Shown here: piece by piece, positions 58,810-64,000 of the stretch
Layout: each line of letters starts with the position of its first letter
How positions within the stretch are numbered: position 1 is the first letter of the stretch
DNA from: a virus
Reading direction: 5' to 3' (one strand)
DNA length: 64,000 bases
IMG/VR virus record: IMGVR_UViG_3300044633_000521
Notes under the pieces: generated by a model
Database searches by the model: none
Told to the model about the DNA's origin: nothing
What the model saw: the letters and a program-made list of their open reading frames with translations, nothing else
Program-made: the position numbers and the translations under genes

Positions 58810-59472
58810 ATGACCGCAGAAGAATTAGTTCAGGCACGCATAGAAGCGATTGCCAATAAAGAAATATTAGCCAACAGCCAAATGAGTGAATACATTAAAC
58901 CTCTAGCAGAATATGCCAAGGGCTGTGATCACATCACCGAGATGGGTGTGGCAATTGTCTGTAGTACATGGGCATGGCTAAGTGCTAAACCTAAACGCCT
59001 GGTAAGTGTAGACATTGACCACTTATGTCCAGTAGAAGAAGTGCGTGGTGTTGCCAAAGACCTAGGTATCGACTTTGAGTTTGTGGCAGGTGACACCAAT
59101 CACGGAGTTACAGCAGAGTTAAACACACACTGTCATTGGTTAAACAATGAAGAACATCGTGGTGAATGGAATGCCGGTAAACCAATTCCTTACTACAACT
59201 GCGAGCCCACTGATTTACTGTTCATCGACACTTACCATCACTATGCTAGCCTAGCACGTGAGTTTGAACTTCACGCACCTAAGGCTAAGAAATACATCAT
59301 TCTACATGACACAGTGACATTTGGTCGTCGTGGTGAAGGTGATGACCATAAAGGTCTAATGGCTGCCGTTGAAGAATTCTTAGCGGCTAACCCACAGTGG
59401 GCCACTGAAAAGGTATATGAGTCAGCACCTGGCTTGTATATTATGAAACGTGTAGGACCAGATCCAGTTTAA
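58810..59472 (+). CDS. SAM-dependent methyltransferase (Methyltransf_24-like)
   Basis: TEMGV, DLLFIDTYH, ILHDT. Confidence 0.75.
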   Translation: MTAEELVQARIEAIANKEILANSQMSEYIKPLAEYAKGCDHITEMGVAIVCSTWAWLSAKPKRLVSVDIDHLCPVEEVRGVAKDLGIDFEFVAGDTNHGVTAELNTHCHWLNNEEHRGEWNAGKPIPYYNCEPTDLLFIDTYHHYASLAREFELHAPKAKKYIILHDTVTFGRRGEGDDHKGLMAAVEEFLAANPQWATEKVYESAPGLYIMKRVGPDPV

Positions 59473-59473
59473 C

Positions 59474-60229
59474 ATGAAGAAAACAATTCTTTGTCACTTC
59501 TATAACGAAGAATACATGTTGCCGTGGTTCTTAAATCACCATAAGGGTATTTTTGATCATGGCATTATGATCGACTATCACAGCACTGATCGTAGCCGTG
59601 AGATTATCAAAGAAATATGTCCAACCTGGGACATAGTAATGAGTCGTAATCCTAACTTCCAAGCAGATACAATTGATTATGAAGTTATGGATTTAGAAAA
59701 GTCTATTGAAGGTTGGCGCATTTGTCTTAATGTAACAGAACTATTGATTGGAGATTATTCAATCTTAGACGAACAGCCGGGGCAACACTTACTACCTAGT
59801 GTCTTTTTTGTAGATTGTGACAGAACAAGACCAGTTAGCCAAGATAAGCCTTTATACGAGCAAAAGACAGATGGATTTAGCTTTAATACACACGTAGACT
59901 TTATGGAACGTCGCGCTCGTAGTATTCATAATGTTCCTATACAATATCCTGTTCCGGGTAGACATTATGGCAACTATACAACGGACAAGTTAGTTGTGTT
60001 TTACTACGGTTGGTGCCCATTTAATGAAGAAACACTAGCACGTAAGCTACAGATCCAAACTCAGATCCCTTTAATTGATCGTCAACGCAATTGGGGCTTC
60101 CATCATATAACAACTAAAGAAACATTGGAGTATAGACTTGAAAACGAGTTTATGCCTAGATGTCGAGACTTAACAGAGGAAATAACACAGTATGTCACTA
60201 AACATAAAAATATATCAACTGTACTTTAA
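59474..60229 (+). CDS. Glycosyltransferase, GT2/GT92-like
   Basis: YNEEYMLPWFL.HH and IDY.STD.S. Confidence 0.75.
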   Translation: MKKTILCHFYNEEYMLPWFLNHHKGIFDHGIMIDYHSTDRSREIIKEICPTWDIVMSRNPNFQADTIDYEVMDLEKSIEGWRICLNVTELLIGDYSILDEQPGQHLLPSVFFVDCDRTRPVSQDKPLYEQKTDGFSFNTHVDFMERRARSIHNVPIQYPVPGRHYGNYTTDKLVVFYYGWCPFNEETLARKLQIQTQIPLIDRQRNWGFHHITTKETLEYRLENEFMPRCRDLTEEITQYVTKHKNISTVL

Positions 60230-61028
60230 AAACGAACAACGCAACTATATAGATTTTGAGTATTTTACACCTTACGATAATACAAAAAATCCTCGTCCAG
60301 AACTTCGCGAGTGGTATATATGGGATAAAGAACATGACAAACGTGTTAGTGAGGGGTTAGACTATTGGGGATATGTCAGTTGGAAATTTGGTGAAAAGAC
60401 TAGCCTCATGGCAAAACAGTTCACAGACTTTATTGCTGCTAATCCGGGCTATGATGTTTACTTTGTTAATCCGGCACTAATCAACGAAGCCTGTTTTGTC
60501 AACAGTTGGGAACAAGGTGATCTACATCATCCTAACATCAGTGAAATTGCTAATACATTCTTAAAGAAAATTGGCTACGAGGATGTTGGTGTTAAAGAAA
60601 TGGTTCTTGATCGCAATGTGACTATGTACGCTAACTATGTTGTTGGTAGTCGTGCGTTCTGGGATAAGTTCATGGAATTCAGTCGTAAACTATTCACAGA
60701 AGCAGAAAAGGATCCAGAGTTTAAACAATTAGTGTTTGGAGAAGGCCTAAGTAACTACGCTCACGACAAATCATTGCCAAACTTTATATTCTTAATTGAG
60801 CGATTAATACCTACATTTATTGATTTAGAAGGATTTAAATCACTGCCTTATCAGTACACAGCCGAAACATTGCCACAGAAATATCACAAATATGCGGGTG
60901 ATCTATCGGCTCTGAGTAACTTAAAAGTACTGATAAACCAGTACGAAAGTGACGAAATATACAGCATTTGGAACTATTATCGCCACAAATTCCTCCAAGA
61001 TAATCCTGGAATTTTAGGCCTAGAGTAG
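60192..61028 (+). CDS. Hypothetical, glycosyltransferase-like
   Basis: IYQ.Y, DN..N....RE, G..SWKF..KT, F..ERL motifs. Confidence 0.5.
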   Translation: MSLNIKIYQLYFKNEQRNYIDFEYFTPYDNTKNPRPELREWYIWDKEHDKRVSEGLDYWGYVSWKFGEKTSLMAKQFTDFIAANPGYDVYFVNPALINEACFVNSWEQGDLHHPNISEIANTFLKKIGYEDVGVKEMVLDRNVTMYANYVVGSRAFWDKFMEFSRKLFTEAEKDPEFKQLVFGEGLSNYAHDKSLPNFIFLIERLIPTFIDLEGFKSLPYQYTAETLPQKYHKYAGDLSALSNLKVLINQYESDEIYSIWNYYRHKFLQDNPGILGLE

Positions 61029-61110
61029 TTATCCTATCTTAACGCGAGTTAAGTGTGTACTAAAAGAGAGAACTTCGAACAATATATAAACTACGTTCGG
61101 AGGATAATGG

Positions 61111-61338
61111 ATGACAAAATCTATTGAACCAGAAGTACAGGTATTAAATAGTAGTGGTGGCGGGTTAGGTTATTATTGCGCAGGTCGTCATTGCGCAAAA
61201 CGTGACAAGTGCCATAGACATACAGCAAGTAGTGGATTATCCAACGCTGTATATGACGACTACGATGTCTTAATGCTTTCAGAAGGAAGTTGTAGATTTT
61301 TTGTTAACGTCAATACAGCAAATCAAATAGGCGAATAG
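61111..61338 (+). CDS. Small Cys-rich hypothetical protein
   Basis: GGAGG SD; C-x4-C-x5-C...C. Confidence 0.6.
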   Translation: MTKSIEPEVQVLNSSGGGLGYYCAGRHCAKRDKCHRHTASSGLSNAVYDDYDVLMLSEGSCRFFVNVNTANQIGE

Positions 61339-61383
61339 CCTAGTATCAATTAATAAAACGTTAAAAACCAAGGAGGTTTATGT

Positions 61384-61908
61384 ATGAGAGTGATCTCAAA
61401 AGTAATGACCTGGGCAATAATGTCCTTATGTATTATAGCATCAATTAGCAGTGTAGAAGCAAAAGAAGACCTAGCAACAAACCAGCAGGTGATGTGTCTT
61501 GCTAAAAATATCTATTACGAAGCAGGGCTAGAGAGCTTCGAAGGTAAAGTTGCTGTGGCGCAGGTTACTATTAATCGCACGGAAGACAGCAAGTTTCCAA
61601 AGACTATATGCGGGGTAGTACATCAAAAAACTCAAGTGGCTAATCGAGTCATATGCCAATTTAGTTGGGTATGTAATCCAGTGAGCAAAATTAAATATGT
61701 AAGCGATCGTTGGAAAGATAGTTTAAATATTGCCCGTGATGTTGTACACAACGATCTACGGTTAGAAGAACTTGACGGGGCGCTGTATTTCCACAATACT
61801 CATGTTCGACCTAATTGGGGATTGGAACGTGTTGCCCGTATAGGTGGCCACATCTTTTACAGCGATGATCCGGCACCGAAAAAACGATTGACAGTCAGTC
61901 AAAAATAG
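61384..61908 (+). CDS. Cell wall hydrolase, SleB/Hydrolase_2 family
   Basis: CLAKNIYYEA, VA.VT.NR, CQFSW, IGGHIFY. Confidence 0.93.
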   Translation: MRVISKVMTWAIMSLCIIASISSVEAKEDLATNQQVMCLAKNIYYEAGLESFEGKVAVAQVTINRTEDSKFPKTICGVVHQKTQVANRVICQFSWVCNPVSKIKYVSDRWKDSLNIARDVVHNDLRLEELDGALYFHNTHVRPNWGLERVARIGGHIFYSDDPAPKKRLTVSQK

Positions 61909-61977
61909 TATATACTAGTGTTTTAATAAATACAGCAACGGTGCCAAAAGTGCCGTTGCTAATTTAAAGGACACACC

Positions 61978-62124
61978 ATGTCAACCACTACAGATACAGA
62001 ATTACCAACTAAAGCATTGATTGAATCATACAAACCAACTACACCAGAAATTCCAAATGTTTGCCAACCTGGCGACAAAGAATGTATAGCACGTTTAGTT
62101 CAGGCATTTTCAGACTGCGACTAA
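61978..62124 (+). CDS. Small Cys-containing peptide, 48 aa (absent from ORF track)
   Basis: AAAGGA SD; ends CQPGDKECIARLVQAFSDCD. Confidence 0.65.
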   Translation: MSTTTDTELPTKALIESYKPTTPEIPNVCQPGDKECIARLVQAFSDCD

Positions 62125-62131
62125 AAAACGG

Positions 62132-62160
62132 TTGACATTTTGGTAAAATGAACGTATAAT
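62132..62160 (+). promoter_or_regulatory. Sigma70-type promoter (repeat copy 1)
   Basis: TTGACA-TTTTGGTAAAATGAACG-TATAAT. Confidence 0.9.
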
Positions 62161-62191
62161 AGTATTTGTTTAGTTAATAAGGAATAGACAA

Positions 62192-62392
62192 ATGGCCTAC
62201 GTAGTTTTCCAAAACGGTAAAGAATACGGTGCTCGCAAGGGCCTAGAAGGTCCTTTTCACTATCCAAATGGTCGTGTCCTATACTACGATGCACCTGCCG
62301 GCGAGTATTACGATCCGACCACAGACTTCTACGTACCCAACGATGAAGTAGCTGAACTCCAACAAAGTATTTTCACAAAGTTAGCCCAATAG
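62192..62392 (+). CDS. Hypothetical protein
   Basis: GLEGPF...GRVLYYD...G.YYDP.TDFY; SD. Confidence 0.75.
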   Translation: MAYVVFQNGKEYGARKGLEGPFHYPNGRVLYYDAPAGEYYDPTTDFYVPNDEVAELQQSIFTKLAQ

Positions 62393-62405
62393 GAGCACGA
62401 CAATC

Positions 62406-62579
62406 ATGGCAGGCAAAGCAACTTCAGTATATCTAACAGTCAGCGTTAAAACAACACACACCACAGCATTTCACAAACAGTTCTTCAACATGAATGGGTT
62501 AAACCAGTACGTGGGCACAGAAGAATTTATCGCAAAATATCCTAAAGAAGAGTTCTACATCACGAAAGAAACTTACTAA
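62406..62579 (+). CDS. Hypothetical protein, 57 aa (absent from ORF track)
   Basis: AGGAG SD; MAGKATSVYLTV...KETY. Confidence 0.7.
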   Translation: MAGKATSVYLTVSVKTTHTTAFHKQFFNMNGLNQYVGTEEFIAKYPKEEFYITKETY

Positions 62580-62806
62580 TGGCCATTGAAGTCATTCGTG
62601 AAGTAACTGAGTGGAAGGTAGACTACCGCCAACCAAACCATGTTTACCTGATGAGTGGTGAACGGGTCATTGTCTGTCAGAAATGGGGCGAAGGTCTTCC
62701 TATCTACTTTGATCACAAAGCCAAGTTTGACAAACGCGGTCGCAAGTTTATTAAAGTTCCCATGAAAGAAAGTCCGTTTAATTTGGTTGACATTTTGGTA
62801 AAATGA
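62579..62806 (+). CDS. Hypothetical protein
   Basis: Coupled start; E.T.W...PNH.Y...F..RGRKF. Confidence 0.7.
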   Translation: MAIEVIREVTEWKVDYRQPNHVYLMSGERVIVCQKWGEGLPIYFDHKAKFDKRGRKFIKVPMKESPFNLVDILVK

Positions 62807-62815
62807 CTGTATAAT
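62787..62815 (+). promoter_or_regulatory. Sigma70-type promoter (repeat copy 2)
   Basis: TTGACA-TTTTGGTAAAATGACTG-TATAAT. Confidence 0.9.
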
Positions 62816-62848
62816 GCTACACATACACTAACAACACAGGAGCAACAA

Positions 62849-63199
62849 ATGAAAAAATTACTTATAGTAGTTGGTTTAATTACATTAACAGCATGTGATA
62901 ACTCTAAACTAATGACTGGTGCTGAATTTGCTAAAAATGACCCTACAGCAAACACTCCTATAGGTAAAGCATTGGTACAATCATTTGATCAAGATAACGG
63001 TAAGTTTTATTGTATCCCTAAAATGAATGATCAAGAAATGGGTGAATTTCAAGCTAAAATCGTAACAAATTCCATGGCTATGATTATGAACCCAGAAAAA
63101 TTTATTAGTAAAGATAATATTACTGTTTATGATGCCACTAAACCATTACAAAGTGGAATGCGCATAATGTTTGCTAAAGACTATCCTTGCTCTAAATAA
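62849..63199 (+). CDS. Putative lipoprotein
   Basis: MKKLLIVVGLITLTA-C lipobox. Confidence 0.75.
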   Translation: MKKLLIVVGLITLTACDNSKLMTGAEFAKNDPTANTPIGKALVQSFDQDNGKFYCIPKMNDQEMGEFQAKIVTNSMAMIMNPEKFISKDNITVYDATKPLQSGMRIMFAKDYPCSK

Positions 63200-63202
63200 T
63201 GG

Positions 63203-63231
63203 TTGACAACCTAACCAAATGATAGTATAAT
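63203..63231 (+). promoter_or_regulatory. Sigma70-type promoter
   Basis: TTGACA-N17-TATAAT. Confidence 0.85.
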
Positions 63232-63245
63232 AGCATTTGACAGTT

Positions 63246-63343
63246 AGGAAACGATTTCACAGTTTTAGGGTGCTGTTACATTTTAATTTTATTAACGTTA
63301 CTACTAAGGGTTGTTCCGGTCGTAACAGCACCCTAAATTTCCT
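63246..63343 (+). ncRNA. Candidate promoter-driven small hairpin RNA
   Basis: Perfect 16-bp stem 63264-63279/63322-63337 plus AGGAAA/TTTCCT; no credible ORF. Confidence 0.55.
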
Positions 63344-63353
63344 TATAAAGTAC

Positions 63354-63382
63354 TTGACAAACACACGCAGAGGTGTTATAAT
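63354..63382 (+). promoter_or_regulatory. Sigma70-type promoter
   Basis: TTGACA-N17-TATAAT. Confidence 0.85.
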
Positions 63383-63417
63383 TACACATAATAAGAAAAC
63401 AACAAAAGGAGCTATAA

Positions 63418-64000
63418 ATGACTGGTTTTGTTAAAATTAAAAATGGTACATACAGAAATACAGCGATTGCTAACGAAGTATTTCCACTTGTAAAACATTA
63501 CACTGTTGGTGCTAAAGGCGGTTTTATTACTGTTGATGGTACAGGGCAGTTTGGTAAAGATAAGATTAGAGTATTGGTAGAAAGTCCTACAGACATTGAG
63601 TTTGTACATGCTGACGAGTATACAGGTGTAGTAAAGACTAAAACAGTAGACACAACTAGCAAGCAGACAGATGAAGAACGTATTGCTGATATTGGCGCAC
63701 GTTTTGAAATGCTAGACGACATGACTAAGGCTGTGCTTAATGGTGACATTAGGGCAGTAATTGTGTCAGGTCCTCCAGGTGTAGGTAAGAGCTACACAGT
63801 AGAAGGACAAATTGAACGTGCTAATATGTTTGCTAACATTAGCAACACAAAACCCAAACACGAAGTAGTTAAGGGTAGTGCTAGTGCTATTGGTTTGTAC
63901 AAGAAATTGTACGAATACAGCGACGAGAACAGCGTGTTAGTGTTTGATGACTGTGATAGCATCTTGTTTGATGACGTTAGTTTGAACTTGCTAAAAGGTG
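63418..64000 (+). CDS. AAA+ ATPase, 3' truncated (absent from ORF track)
   Basis: AAGGAG SD; Walker A GPPGVGKS; Walker B VLVFDDCD. Confidence 0.9.
   Translation, partial: MTGFVKIKNGTYRNTAIANEVFPLVKHYTVGAKGGFITVDGTGQFGKDKIRVLVESPTDIEFVHADEYTGVVKTKTVDTTSKQTDEERIADIGARFEMLDDMTKAVLNGDIRAVIVSGPPGVGKSYTVEGQIERANMFANISNTKPKHEVVKGSASAIGLYKKLYEYSDENSVLVFDDCDSILFDDVSLNLLKG

Noticed and set aside
127-63749. Numerous 60-140 aa antisense or alternate-frame ORFs in the track
   Set aside because: Shadows of long genes with recognisable motifs on the other strand or frame.
1-64000. Stop-codon reassignment (prompted by the CTA next to the permuted tRNA)
   Set aside because: Core genes are full length in the standard code, and TAG terminates several genes at expected ends (for example 8255, 10237).

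Overview
This 64 kb window is an AT-rich segment of a large T4-like myovirus using the standard genetic code. The host is probably an aquatic proteobacterium, inferred from a captured porin and rpoZ. Positions 1-24.5 kb hold virion morphogenesis genes: gp13/14/15 neck, gp18 sheath, gp19 tube, gp4, terminase and putative internal head proteins. Positions 24.5-36 kb hold gp32, uvsX and uvsY interleaved with radical-SAM and methyltransferase genes. Positions 36-42 kb are an RNA-rich island with 15 tRNAs, rpoZ-like and SutA-like genes and several unexplained structured RNAs. Positions 42-61 kb hold PAAR, 2OG-Fe(II) oxygenases, a porin, two fatty-acid desaturases, ahcY and a large sugar-modification cluster. 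The window ends in sigma70 promoter/small-ORF cassettes. The main candidate new system precedes the tRNA array: a promoter, a 43-codon leader ORF that uses all 20 amino acids (32 different codons), and mutually exclusive antiterminator/terminator hairpins. This is a putative ribosome-coupled attenuator that would switch phage tRNAs on when translation stalls. The array also contains a circularly permuted tRNA-like (YrlA-like) RNA. Many late genes have TAA(A/G)TA-N5-ATG starts, implying leaderless mRNAs. All calls are from manual reading; no searches or folding programs were run.
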